Below are positions 10,557-21,129 of a stretch of 64,000 bases of DNA, piece after piece (position 1 is the first letter of the stretch; the number at the start of each line of letters is the position of its first letter). The position numbers were made by a program, and so were the translations under genes. Source of the stretch: an uncultured archaeon. Lineage in GTDB: Archaea > Asgardarchaeota > Lokiarchaeia > Sigyniarchaeales > SOKP01. The notes under the pieces are model-generated. The model made no database searches. It saw nothing but the letters and a program-made list of their open reading frames with translations, and was not told the DNA's origin. The DNA lies in assembly GCA_964508365.1 (NCBI GenBank), contig CAZDTP010000006.1, forward strand, positions 1-64,000, written 5' to 3'.

Positions 10557-11699
10557 TTATGTTTTTATATATTCATAATATTTCTTTGCGATATTCAGCC
10601 AATCATACTTTTTTACAACCTTTAACGCGTTTTCTTTAAGCAAAGCTAATTCTTCTTGATTCACTAATAATTTAATAATTTTTTCTGACAAATCTTTTGG
10701 ATTGTTTAATTCGAATGTTATGCCCCCATTTCCAATTAACTCTGCCATAGGGGATTTATTGGCACAAATCACTGGGGTTCCGCTTGCCAATGCTTCTAAT
10801 ATTACTTGTCCAAAGCCTTCTAATTCTGAAGGAGTTACAAAAATATCAGCTGAAGCTAAATATTTCAATAGCTCTTTATCGTCAATAAAACCTAAAAATG
10901 TTACATTATTATGGATTTCTAATTTTTTAGATAACTCCTTACAATAATTTAACAGAGCACCTCTACCCGTCAATATTAAGTGAACGTCGGGAATTTGTTT
11001 AACTACATAAGTCATAGCTTTTAACAGAACTGGAATTCTTTTCCTAAAAATTATTAATCCCGCATAAAATATTATTTTATTTCCATATTTATCTCGAATT
11101 GCCTTTGAACGATTAGAAGGGTTAAATTTCTTGCTATTTATTCCATTAGGTATTACTTTAATGTCCTTTTCATCAATCCTATAGTGTTTCATAAGTGCTA
11201 TTTTAGAAGAATCAGACACAGTAATAACACGCTTAAGTTTATTGAATTGCTTATTTTCAAGGTAATGATAAACAGGAAAATAAAGGTAACCATAAATCGT
11301 ATTAATAGGGACATAATGATGAAAGATAGAAAAAGTACGAAGATTTTTGATTTTAAAGAAGCTAGTAAGTGGAATTGGTATATTTAAGATAATAGCATCG
11401 GAATCTTTATATAGCATATAATTACTTTTTCTAAAAAGGTTCAAACCAAAGGTAATATAATGTAAAAAACCAATAACAGCTATTTCTCCAATTAACGCTT
11501 TGAGTTCTCGAATTCTAAAAATCTCAATGCCTTTATATTGGTCGTATTTATTACCGCCATTCCAGAAAGTAGTAATAATCCTAACATCATTTCCCAATTT
11601 TTTTAAATTTACTGCAAGATTTTCAACATATCGTTCAAGACCAAAATAATCTCCGCGTTTTGGATATGGGAAAATAGGAGATATGATTGTAATTTTCAT
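10557..11699 (-). CDS. GT4 glycosyltransferase (paralog 3)
   Basis: DIFVTPSELEGFGQVILEALASGTPVI; MKITIISPIFPYPKRG start. Confidence 0.92.
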   Translation of the reverse strand: MKITIISPIFPYPKRGDYFGLERYVENLAVNLKKLGNDVRIITTFWNGGNKYDQYKGIEIFRIRELKALIGEIAVIGFLHYITFGLNLFRKSNYMLYKDSDAIILNIPIPLTSFFKIKNLRTFSIFHHYVPINTIYGYLYFPVYHYLENKQFNKLKRVITVSDSSKIALMKHYRIDEKDIKVIPNGINSKKFNPSNRSKAIRDKYGNKIIFYAGLIIFRKRIPVLLKAMTYVVKQIPDVHLILTGRGALLNYCKELSKKLEIHNNVTFLGFIDDKELLKYLASADIFVTPSELEGFGQVILEALASGTPVICANKSPMAELIGNGGITFELNNPKDLSEKIIKLLVNQEELALLKENALKVVKKYDWLNIAKKYYEYIKT

Positions 11700-11836
11700 A
11701 ATTTTATACTATATGGTTATAGCACTTGAATCATATGTTCAAACATGAAAATTATTAATTACTCTTAAATTATTTGTTATATAATAAATTGTATTTCATT
11801 TTAATCATCTGATAATTACATTTTTAAAAGTAGATT

Positions 11837-12571
11837 TTGCCAGTAAACTTGAATAGTTTGAAAAGAATAACTCTTACGATTGTAGGTAAATTTATCCCCG
11901 TAGGAATACCCATTCCTATACTGAGAGGACCTCTTCAAGGTTTTAAATTGATTACTGGGGCAGCTTCTGGAAAAGCTAAAGGAGTGTCTTATATCTTAAA
12001 TTTTAGTGAAACCCGTAGATTAAATCTCACAAAACAGTTAATACCTGTTAACGGAATATGTTTTGATGTCGGGGCAAATATTGGGGTTTACACGCTTCTC
12101 TTTTCGAAGTTTTCCAAGTTTGTCTATTCATTTGAACCGTCTCCTCGTAATCTTAGCTTTTTATATAAAATGCTTGAAATAAACAAGATTAAAAACGCTC
12201 AAGTGGTTAGATCCGCAGTTTCAGATTTCGTGGGATTTTGTTCTTTTAAAGAAAGTAATTCTTGTGCAACAGGTAAATTGGATGATGAAGGTGACCTAAA
12301 AGTACGGGTAACATCACTCGATAAGTTCATTGAAAAATCAAAAATTCTTCCGGATGTCATAAAGATTGATGTTGAGGGCGCTGAATTGTCTGTTCTTAAA
12401 GGTGCAAAAAATTGTATTTCAAAAAACCACCCATTAATCGTTTTAGAAACCCACGGTGACGAAATAAAAAAAAAGTGTTTTGAATTTTTAAAAAATATGA
12501 ATTATAAAGAGATCATACCATTAGATTCAGAATCGATAAAGAAAGCTAATGATTTTATTATTATTTCGTAA
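11837..12571 (+). CDS. FkbM-family methyltransferase
   Basis: FDVGANIG, YSFEP and IKIDVEGAE motifs; TTG start, exact start uncertain. Confidence 0.88.
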   Translation: MPVNLNSLKRITLTIVGKFIPVGIPIPILRGPLQGFKLITGAASGKAKGVSYILNFSETRRLNLTKQLIPVNGICFDVGANIGVYTLLFSKFSKFVYSFEPSPRNLSFLYKMLEINKIKNAQVVRSAVSDFVGFCSFKESNSCATGKLDDEGDLKVRVTSLDKFIEKSKILPDVIKIDVEGAELSVLKGAKNCISKNHPLIVLETHGDEIKKKCFEFLKNMNYKEIIPLDSESIKKANDFIIIS

Positions 12572-12589
12572 ATTTTTAAAATCTTAGTA

Positions 12590-13774
12590 TTAATTACTAA
12601 AAACAACTTTTTCTAAAATTTTTTCTAAATCTGATACGGTGTGTTCTATGTTAAAATTGTCTTTCACGATTTGATTACCACATTGAGAAAATTTTCTATA
12701 AAGTTCTTTATTTTTTAAAATTCTAATTGCTTTGATAGAGAAGTCATTAATATCGTAGTTTTTAATTAAATATCCACTTTTTCCATTTACAATGGTATCT
12801 GAAGGACCTCCTTCAAACGCAACGACAGGAGTGCCATTTTTCATAGATTCCAATGGGATTAATCCATACGCTTCGTCTATAGGAGTGTATAATGTTAAAG
12901 AGGCTTTCTGGTAAAAGAAATCTAAAAGGTCATCTTCTATAAATCCAGAAAATACAATGTTTTCTGAGGGAAGGTCCAATTTTTTAATCAATTTTTTAAT
13001 TAAAATACTATTTTCTGTCAATAACCAACCCCCGATCAGTAATTTGGCTTCGGGTATTTCTTTTAATATTTTTTCAAAAATATATATTAGTTCTTTTGCT
13101 CCTTTTAGGTGGTGGGTAAGCCCCAAAGTAAAAATAATTGGTATATTATTTGCTATATTCCATTTTTGCTGAAATCTTAAATATTCTGAATCGGTAAAAC
13201 CGTTACCAGTCTTTATTCCAATATGGTGAACAATACCATCGCGACCATAACATTTTACACCTCGCGCTCTAGTAAAATTACTGTTATAGATAACTTCATC
13301 TGCTCCGAGAGTTCCTTCGATATCGAATTTTTTATAAAAAAGCCTTAAACCCCAACTGGCAATTCTTAAGAAAAATGGAGCATTAGAGTAAAATTTTTTA
13401 TCGTGAAAAAAGCGAAAAGGCTCGTTACAGAAAAAAATGTGTTTCGAACCGTTCCTATTATTAACTTTCGTACAGATATAATTAGATGGAAAATTTACAG
13501 AGATATTTATATCGCTTTTTAATTGGTTTAAAATTCTAAGATAACTTTTTACGATATAATCAAATTTTAGCCAAAAAGGCGGGTGTGAGGGTAAAGGTCC
13601 GCCAACTTCGAACAATTTAATCTTATTATTAAATTTATAGAGTTTTTTATCAACCTTTTGTGAAACGACGGTTATATTATGACCTTTCTCGCATAATTTG
13701 TTTGCATAATCAGTTAAAAATATGCCCCCACCACCGTAAACGGAGAGATAGGATGCAACAAAAGTAATATTCAT
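12590..13774 (-). CDS. GT4 glycosyltransferase
   Basis: YTPIDEAYGLIPLESMKNGTPVV (EX7E); YGGG near the N-terminus. Confidence 0.9.
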   Translation of the reverse strand: MNITFVASYLSVYGGGGIFLTDYANKLCEKGHNITVVSQKVDKKLYKFNNKIKLFEVGGPLPSHPPFWLKFDYIVKSYLRILNQLKSDINISVNFPSNYICTKVNNRNGSKHIFFCNEPFRFFHDKKFYSNAPFFLRIASWGLRLFYKKFDIEGTLGADEVIYNSNFTRARGVKCYGRDGIVHHIGIKTGNGFTDSEYLRFQQKWNIANNIPIIFTLGLTHHLKGAKELIYIFEKILKEIPEAKLLIGGWLLTENSILIKKLIKKLDLPSENIVFSGFIEDDLLDFFYQKASLTLYTPIDEAYGLIPLESMKNGTPVVAFEGGPSDTIVNGKSGYLIKNYDINDFSIKAIRILKNKELYRKFSQCGNQIVKDNFNIEHTVSDLEKILEKVVFSN

Positions 13775-14110
13775 CTAAACACTATTTTTTTTTATTTTTT
13801 ATTAAAGAGTTAGTTTTACTAATATAAAAGGGTTTAAAAATAATTAGAACTAAGAGAGAAGAAGATTGGAATCAATCCAAATTTGTCAAAAATAACTTTT
13901 AATTTTGCAGTTAATTTATACCAAATATAGTTTGATAGCTGCTTTAGCTCGACTTCCAAGTTAATTTGGTTAGATGTTATTAAATTTTAATCATAATAAA
14001 ATTATTAAAAGATATATAGTCAATTTATGGTTTAGTTTAGTAATGGATTCTACTAAATTTTTTTGTGATATTAATAATCCCTCTCTCTCGAATTTGCAAA
14101 TATAGTTCAT

Positions 14111-14323
14111 TTGCACGCTTTGCAAGAAGGTCATAATTTTGCGAAATTTTCAGTAATTGAAAATACGCTTTCCATTTTTTTTATGGTGTTATTTATATCT
14201 CCAAATATTTTCAATTTTGGCGTCTTTGGGGGAGCACTTTCATATATTGTAGCAAAAAAAATAATTCAATTAATCTATCGTCCTAAAATTTATAGGAAAT
14301 TTAAACTTTCAAATTTTAATTGA
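14111..14323 (+). pseudogene. Possible flippase gene remnant
   Basis: ENTLSIFFMVLFISPNIFNFGVFGGALSYIVAK resembles the C-terminal 'L.P..FGxxGAA' helical hairpin of Wzx flippases. It sits in a ~640-bp gap with a TTG start. Confidence 0.3.
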
Positions 14324-14417
14324 ATAATTGAATATATATGTAGGTCTATGATCGACATAAAATATTTTTTTTTATCAGAATAGAAAAATTTTATCAGAAA
14401 TAGTTAATTTATGAAAA

Positions 14418-15773
14418 ATGATAATGCAAAAATTAATTTTCTTAGCTTTAGACGGATTGAGCTGGAATTTAATTGAAGAGTTAATTGCTAAGAAGCGATT
14501 AACAAATATCGAAAAAATAATCAATTCTGGAAGTTCAAGTGTATTGAAAGCAGAAGGTTTTTTGAGTTCTCCTAAAATTTTTTGCTCAATTTTTACCGGA
14601 AAAAAAGTAGAAAAACATGGAATAAGAGATTTTTATTCCAAAGAAGAAGATTTAAAATCCGATCAAATTTGGGATTTATTAAACGAAAAAGGCTTCAGAA
14701 TCGGCGTTTTTAGACCATTGAGTGTTTGGTCTGCTAAAAAATTTGATGGTTTTTGCATACCTAATCCCTTACTTTTAGAGAAAAGTACTTATCCTCAAAG
14801 TCTAAATTTTATTGGTGAATTAGATAAAAAAGCACGATCAGAGAAGTATTCTATATTTTTTATGATTAAAATTTTTTGGAAACTTGTGACATTTGGTTTC
14901 CCACTAATGCAGCTTCTTAAAATAATAAAAAGTAGTATTTTGTTAGCTTTTAAAAGAGGTTTGGAAGAGAGAATGCATCTTTTAAAAGAAATAGAATTAA
15001 GAATTCATACAAATTTGTATTATAAATTATTAAAAAAATATTCCTTGGATTTTTCCGTCTTTTTCGATTATTCATTTGATACCCTTGGTCATATATATTG
15101 GAGAAAAAAAGGCGAAAAATCAAAATATTCTGAAATTCTTCCTAACGCTTATAAAATTATCGATACATTCATAGGAAAGGTAAATAACTACGCTAAAAGG
15201 CATGATTATCATCTAATAATTTGCTCTGATCATGGCTTTGAAAAAATAGAAAAAAAATATCGTGAAAATTTTCGAACCATTAAAGTTTTAACTCTCTTAA
15301 GAGAACTAGGGTTTTATTACGATATTTACGGTATTTTCATGATCGGAAGCGTTGTTTTTCGACTAAGACCAGATTCAACAAATTCGTTAAAAGATTTTGA
15401 AAACACACTTAGGGCGATTAAATGTGAAGAGACAGAACTCTTTAACATTAAATCGTACGAAAAGAAGTTAATTGTTAAAATAAACGATTTTTATGAGGAT
15501 ACAGCAGGTTTAAAAGTGGAATTACCAAATAAGAAAACCTTGAATTTGGATTCGATTATTGATTTTAATCCAGGACATACAGGAGCTCATTCTGCGGATA
15601 ATGGTGTTTTTATATTTAAAGGTCCCCTTGTTAAAGAGGGAATTAAAATTAAGGATATTACTCCGTACGATATTACTCCAACGATTCTTGCGCTTTACGA
15701 CCAGCCAATCCCTCCCGACATTGACGGAAGAGTTCTAAAAGAAGTGTTTAAAGAAAAACCAGATGTTATTTGA
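14418..15773 (+). CDS. Alkaline phosphatase superfamily protein (nucleotide pyrophosphatase/phosphodiesterase-like)
   Basis: LALDGLSW, SSPKIFCSIFTG...HGI, DTLGH, ICSDHGF, HTGAH and DITPTIL motifs. Confidence 0.88.
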   Translation: MIMQKLIFLALDGLSWNLIEELIAKKRLTNIEKIINSGSSSVLKAEGFLSSPKIFCSIFTGKKVEKHGIRDFYSKEEDLKSDQIWDLLNEKGFRIGVFRPLSVWSAKKFDGFCIPNPLLLEKSTYPQSLNFIGELDKKARSEKYSIFFMIKIFWKLVTFGFPLMQLLKIIKSSILLAFKRGLEERMHLLKEIELRIHTNLYYKLLKKYSLDFSVFFDYSFDTLGHIYWRKKGEKSKYSEILPNAYKIIDTFIGKVNNYAKRHDYHLIICSDHGFEKIEKKYRENFRTIKVLTLLRELGFYYDIYGIFMIGSVVFRLRPDSTNSLKDFENTLRAIKCEETELFNIKSYEKKLIVKINDFYEDTAGLKVELPNKKTLNLDSIIDFNPGHTGAHSADNGVFIFKGPLVKEGIKIKDITPYDITPTILALYDQPIPPDIDGRVLKEVFKEKPDVI

Positions 15774-17031
15774 AAATCTTATAAATGGGTCTACTTCTTC
15801 CGTCGGATTGTTTATTAATTAGTTTAAATTTATTTAAACACGAATTTTTAATTATAAACCTAACAAACTGCTCGTTATCGTAGTTCACGAAGGCGTTGCG
15901 CATAATTTTCTCGCTAGGGTCGTGTGGTTGAAAATACATCGTCCTTAGTTTCAAACGGCCTAAAAATTCAATTAAATTCTGATAGAGTTCTTTCTCTCTC
16001 AAAAAATGATGAAAAATGTTAAGAGCTAATACTATATCATAATCTAATTTTTCATTCAAATCAAAAATAGATTTATTTATTATTTTAAACTTCTTACCTT
16101 CAATATCTCTTAGTTTTTTCATGTAATACACATTGCTCGGCCGAATTTCAACAGCATAGCAATCAAATCCTAAATCTTCGAATTTATGGCAAAAGTAAGC
16201 AAGATTTGCTCCAATATCCAATAAAGATCCCTTTTCAATTGTTAGATTCTGACTAATTATTACGAATCTTTGATCTGTATAGGAAGATTTAAACCTTAAA
16301 TCAGGGTGGATTAGTGGTTGGTAAAGTTCTCCATGAATAGATTGAAATTTTAAAAAATCGCTACTAAATTTAAGCCACAAGGGGTGTCTGATCATAACCT
16401 TAACAGTGACATCTTTTACGTTTAACAGCTTTAGAAGGGAAACGATAAACAAGCCATCAAACACAACAAAATTTCCCTCCGTTCCAATACCTACTTTAAT
16501 CTTTTCTATAGATTTATTTGATTTGAAGTTTTGATATATATTTTCCAAAGATTCTAAGAAACTTAGAAATTCTCTTTGGTCTGAACAACCTGCAACCGGT
16601 TGATTGGAAGTAATTTTATCGATAAATTCATTATAAGTAGCGATATCTTCCCATTTTATTTTTTTAATTAGACGAGATTCGAGTAGATTATATTCTCTGG
16701 TTTCAACAATGGGGATTAAATTACCAGAAGAATCCCAGTCATTTGTAAGATTTGGCAAATGCATCAATATGTTATCTCTTCTTTTTATCGAATAATTGAT
16801 TCTGTTAAGCTCTACTTTATAACTATTAATCTGATACTTGGAAGGATCAAAATGTTTATTTTCAATAAGTAGCTCAATAAACCAAAACTTATCGTACGCT
16901 TTATATATTAGCTTCTTAAAATAGGGAACAATTTCGAAAATCCTCCATGCGTAAAATGTATAAATAGTGTTTTTCAATATTGGAATTCTATTAAAAAAAT
17001 ACCAAATCATTCGAATTATTTTTTTTTTCAT
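15766..17031 (-). CDS. SAM-dependent methyltransferase with an N-terminal extension
   Basis: LLDIGANLAYF, YAVE and DIVLALNIFHH in the C-terminal half. Confidence 0.75.
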   Translation of the reverse strand: MKKKIIRMIWYFFNRIPILKNTIYTFYAWRIFEIVPYFKKLIYKAYDKFWFIELLIENKHFDPSKYQINSYKVELNRINYSIKRRDNILMHLPNLTNDWDSSGNLIPIVETREYNLLESRLIKKIKWEDIATYNEFIDKITSNQPVAGCSDQREFLSFLESLENIYQNFKSNKSIEKIKVGIGTEGNFVVFDGLFIVSLLKLLNVKDVTVKVMIRHPLWLKFSSDFLKFQSIHGELYQPLIHPDLRFKSSYTDQRFVIISQNLTIEKGSLLDIGANLAYFCHKFEDLGFDCYAVEIRPSNVYYMKKLRDIEGKKFKIINKSIFDLNEKLDYDIVLALNIFHHFLREKELYQNLIEFLGRLKLRTMYFQPHDPSEKIMRNAFVNYDNEQFVRFIIKNSCLNKFKLINKQSDGRSRPIYKIFK

Positions 17032-18236
17032 GAGTTAGGTCTTATTTTATTATTATTTAATACGCTCATATAGAGCTTATAGTGTGAATCTGCTGCTTTC
17101 TGCCAAGTATAATACTTTTCAACTCGCTCAAGACTCTTTTTACCCATTTGAGTTAGCAATTTTCTATCATTGAACAGTTCAATAATCTTTTCACTTACTT
17201 TTATTATGTCCATAAAGTCAGAAGTGTAACCCGTTTCTCCATTTACAATTATTTCACTTGGGCCCATAATATTAGAACCAATAACAGCTTTTCCACAAGC
17301 CATAGCCTCGCATATTACAAGCCCAAATATTTCTTGTCGCGAGGGATATACGATTAAGTCAGCCATGTTATAATATTCTGGGAGGTTAAATTTAGAGACA
17401 TAACCTACAAGGGTAACATATTTTGATAAATTGTATTGTTGAATTAGGTTTTTAACTATTGGGAGATATCCCGCATCTCCTCCAATAATAACTAGTTTTA
17501 CACTTTTTTTTTTTTTAATCACTAAATTTAGAATTTTTATTAACTTATCCACACCTTTACCTTTAGCAATTCGTCCAACATATAGTATGATGTCGGAATT
17601 TTCTAGTCCTAATTTTTTTTTTAAAATACCCCCATCAACAGGTTTAAAAATATCTGTATTGACTCCATGGGGAATAAAATGTATGTGATCCTCGTCAGCA
17701 CCGTATTTCTTTATAATAGGAATCTCCATTTTAGTAACCGCAATGTAATGTGGTTTCAAATATTTTTTAAGATATCCAGTTGCTATATCAGAAATCATTT
17801 TTGGGATTTTGTCTCTATAATCCCAATTTATACTGATTCCTCCGTGTGGAGAAATTATCAATGGTTTTTTCTTGATAAGCGAGACAATTAATCCGATATT
17901 TTCCTGAAAGCTTCTTAAAGAATGGGAATGGATAATATCAATATTTTTTTCATTCTTTAACAGAAAGGGTAGTAGCTTAAACGAAGTTCTATATTCCTTA
18001 AATTTTAAGAAAGAATCAAAACGATAAATTTTGAAATTTTTACTTCTTTCTTCGTAAAATTCGGTTCTTGCCCGTCCAAATTTCCGAATAGCTGATGTAG
18101 TATATATATTAGTCGAAATTCCTTTTGTCTCTAGAATTGGAGCAAGTTCCATTATGACATTGTATGGTCCGCCTAACTTTCCCGTGAAAAACGGAGTGAA
18201 CATTGCAATATTAATCATAGGATCTTGGTTCTCCAA
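17028..18236 (-). CDS. GT4 glycosyltransferase
   Basis: YVGRIAKGKG, PSRQEIFGLVICEAMACGK. Confidence 0.92.
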   Translation of the reverse strand: MENQDPMINIAMFTPFFTGKLGGPYNVIMELAPILETKGISTNIYTTSAIRKFGRARTEFYEERSKNFKIYRFDSFLKFKEYRTSFKLLPFLLKNEKNIDIIHSHSLRSFQENIGLIVSLIKKKPLIISPHGGISINWDYRDKIPKMISDIATGYLKKYLKPHYIAVTKMEIPIIKKYGADEDHIHFIPHGVNTDIFKPVDGGILKKKLGLENSDIILYVGRIAKGKGVDKLIKILNLVIKKKKSVKLVIIGGDAGYLPIVKNLIQQYNLSKYVTLVGYVSKFNLPEYYNMADLIVYPSRQEIFGLVICEAMACGKAVIGSNIMGPSEIIVNGETGYTSDFMDIIKVSEKIIELFNDRKLLTQMGKKSLERVEKYYTWQKAADSHYKLYMSVLNNNKIRPNS

Positions 18237-18247
18237 TTAATTCTATA

Positions 18248-19465
18248 TTAACTTAATTGTTTCTTTTCTTTAATCAAATCAAACATTATTTTTTTCAAAT
18301 CTTTCAAGATATTTGGCCACATATAGTGCTTTTTAATTAATTCGTAGCCTTGTAGACCAAGGTTTTTTAATTTTTCTTTTTCTTTTGTTAAATCTCTAAT
18401 TTTTTCTACTAATTCTTTTTGATTTTGAGCAAAAATTACTCCGTTATTTTTTCCTATTTCACGAACTACACTTGGTAGGCTAGTTGATAAAACAGGTTTT
18501 TTCATTGCCATATATTCCATTACTTTTACAGGAGTAATGTCTTTTGTAACATCGTTAAGTTCAAAGCTCATCAAACATAAATCTGCCAATTCAATGTACT
18601 CTGTAATTTCGAAAAATGGAACTTTGCCAGTTAGAATTACCCAATCTGCGTTAATCTCTTTAACATGATTAATTAAACGATTGTAAATTCCACCATCGCC
18701 AACGATTAAAAATTTAATATTTAATTTGCCGTTTTTTACATCAGCATTATAATAGTCAATAATTTCTTTTAATCCAGTAAAATCATATAGATACCCCATA
18801 TATAAAATAACAAAATCGTTGTCTTCTATTGAAATATTAGATTTCAAAACTCTAAGTTTTTCTCTATTTACAATAGTATTTTCGAGGGATATTCCATTTA
18901 AAAGAATGTTAACTTTCTCGATAGGAACACCTTCGTTTAAAACATATTTTTGAAGTGGTTTCGTAACAACAATCACGCGATCTGAGTTTTTAAATAAAAA
19001 TCGTGAAATCAGTCTAGCAAAATATTGAGCGTAATGTACTGGGACGAGCGTGTGTAACAAATCTATATAGTAAAATATGTAGGGGATTCTGAATAGTTTC
19101 GCTAATAATAACCCTATAGCTCCATTTGTTATTGAAAATCCTAGGATAATGTCTGGTCGATTTTTTCTGAAAAATGCTAATAATCCAAAAAAATTTGTTA
19201 TTAGGGAAGATATTCTTCTTATATATGGTACTTGAATATGCGCTGTTCGAATTATAACAACGCTTGAATTTTCTACTGCGCGATCTATGTTTCTATAAAT
19301 ATGTTTTTTTATAATTAACGATTTTAACTGCATATTTTTATCAATATCATAATCAAATATAGTAATCTTAACATTAGGGTTCTTTGACAATCTTTCAAAA
19401 ACATGATGTTGCGTGTGCGGTCCCCGAGTTAACCAATCAGTTTCTTGCAATCCAAGAATATTCAT
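18248..19465 (-). CDS. GT4 glycosyltransferase
   Basis: YMGYL, PVKVMEYMAMKKPVLST. Confidence 0.85.
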   Translation of the reverse strand: MNILGLQETDWLTRGPHTQHHVFERLSKNPNVKITIFDYDIDKNMQLKSLIIKKHIYRNIDRAVENSSVVIIRTAHIQVPYIRRISSLITNFFGLLAFFRKNRPDIILGFSITNGAIGLLLAKLFRIPYIFYYIDLLHTLVPVHYAQYFARLISRFLFKNSDRVIVVTKPLQKYVLNEGVPIEKVNILLNGISLENTIVNREKLRVLKSNISIEDNDFVILYMGYLYDFTGLKEIIDYYNADVKNGKLNIKFLIVGDGGIYNRLINHVKEINADWVILTGKVPFFEITEYIELADLCLMSFELNDVTKDITPVKVMEYMAMKKPVLSTSLPSVVREIGKNNGVIFAQNQKELVEKIRDLTKEKEKLKNLGLQGYELIKKHYMWPNILKDLKKIMFDLIKEKKQLS

Positions 19466-19716
19466 ATCTTAATCGAATCAAAATTAAATGTTAATTTATA
19501 ATAAAATACAATTTATTTAAAAGTTAATACCCCAGTCCCAATATGTCAGTAATTACCAAATTGAGATGATGAGATTTCAAAGGTATTATTAATCTCACCA
19601 ATCAAAAGAATTTTACATCAATTTTTATTTTTAAAATTATTAAAATGAAATAATTAGTATAAAAATATTTAGAATAAAGTAGATAAAAATTAGAATTTCT
19701 CGTAGGAAATCGAATT

Positions 19717-21105
19717 ATGACGCCAAATGTTTTACTTGTAGGTGGACTTGGATATATTGGTAGTATCTTATACGATGTAATAAAGGAAGAGGGTTGGAAT
19801 GTAGAAATATTAGATAACCATCTCTATAAGGAGCTAGAACCAACTAATATATTTACAGAAGCGGATACCAGAGATAAAGAAGTTATCAAAAAGTTTATTC
19901 AAAACTACGATGTGATCGTAAATTTAGCTGCTATCGTTGGTGATCCTGCTTGCTTGATTGATACAAATCTTGCTATTGATATAAATTGTATTGGGACCAG
20001 ACATGTTGCAGAGATTTGTAACAAATACAATAAAAAAATTGTTCACATCAGTACTTGTAGCATCTACGGAAGTGAACCAAATGTTATTGTAAGTGAGGAA
20101 AATGAAGGATTTCCAATTGATTTTTACGGTCAAACTAAGTATACTCAAGAAAGAATCGTTCGAGATATATGCAGCAAAGATTTCTGCATCCTTCGATTAG
20201 GAACTGCCTATGGTTTAAGTCCAAGAATGCGATATGATCTTGTTGTAAATACATTTGCTGCTCGGGCTGTAAAGTATAATAAGATAATGGTATTTGGAGG
20301 AGAACAAGAACGTCCGTTTGTTCATATAAGAGACATATCGAGAGCAATTGTTCATGTTATCAAGAATAACTTAAATGGAATTTATAACGTACGAGGAGAG
20401 AATTTAAGCTTACTAAAACTAAGTGAGATAGTAAAAGAGATTACTAACTGTCAAGTAGAAGTTAACAAAAACATCACTGATAAAAGGAGTTACATGGTAG
20501 ATAGCTCTAAATTGCTGAAAACAGGATTTGAATTTAAATTTACTGTTTCCGACGCTATTGAAGAAATTAGAAACTCACCAACTGCTCTTGAGATGCATAA
20601 AGGGGTATATTCAAATTTAAAATTAGCAGAGAGTGTCCATATAGCAAAAAATATTGGTATGAGAGAGATACGGCTAATTCCTGGAGGGATTGCGGTAGAC
20701 GATCGAGGGTGTTTAAACTTTGCCAACGATTTTAATTTTTACGGAGTAAAGCGTTTTTATCAAGTCCAAAATTTTGGGACATCAACGATCCGAGCATTTC
20801 ATGGGCATCTAAAAGAAGCTAAATACATTTATGTAGCGAAAGGCTCCGCTATCGTTGCAGCTGTAGAGTTAGACGATATAAAATCACCTTCTAAGAATAA
20901 GAAAGTGAATCGTTTTATTTTATCTGATAAGAAATCCCAAGTACTTTTTATTCCACCAAAATACGCAAATGGTTTTAGACCATTGGAAGAAGACACAAGA
21001 ATTCTATTCTTTTCAACAAGTTCATTGGAAGAGAGTAAAGGCGATGATTATCGGTTTCCAGTTGATTACTGGGGAAAAAAAGTGTGGGAAGTCGAGAATC
21101 GATAA
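19717..21105 (+). CDS. Extended SDR nucleotide-sugar epimerase/dehydratase fused to a C-terminal cupin (3,5-epimerase-like)
   Basis: GGLGYIG, STCSIYG and YGQTK, followed by DDRG...RAFHGHLKE...LFIPPKYANGF (cupin). Confidence 0.88.
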   Translation: MTPNVLLVGGLGYIGSILYDVIKEEGWNVEILDNHLYKELEPTNIFTEADTRDKEVIKKFIQNYDVIVNLAAIVGDPACLIDTNLAIDINCIGTRHVAEICNKYNKKIVHISTCSIYGSEPNVIVSEENEGFPIDFYGQTKYTQERIVRDICSKDFCILRLGTAYGLSPRMRYDLVVNTFAARAVKYNKIMVFGGEQERPFVHIRDISRAIVHVIKNNLNGIYNVRGENLSLLKLSEIVKEITNCQVEVNKNITDKRSYMVDSSKLLKTGFEFKFTVSDAIEEIRNSPTALEMHKGVYSNLKLAESVHIAKNIGMREIRLIPGGIAVDDRGCLNFANDFNFYGVKRFYQVQNFGTSTIRAFHGHLKEAKYIYVAKGSAIVAAVELDDIKSPSKNKKVNRFILSDKKSQVLFIPPKYANGFRPLEEDTRILFFSTSSLEESKGDDYRFPVDYWGKKVWEVENR

Positions 21106-21129
21106 TCTATAAGAGTAAAGGGGCTAAAA

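Noticed and set aside
19500-19620. Short minus-strand KILLIGE... stretch resembling a glycosyltransferase N-terminus
   Set aside because: No start codon in frame and it terminates after ~22 codons; too weak to call a remnant.
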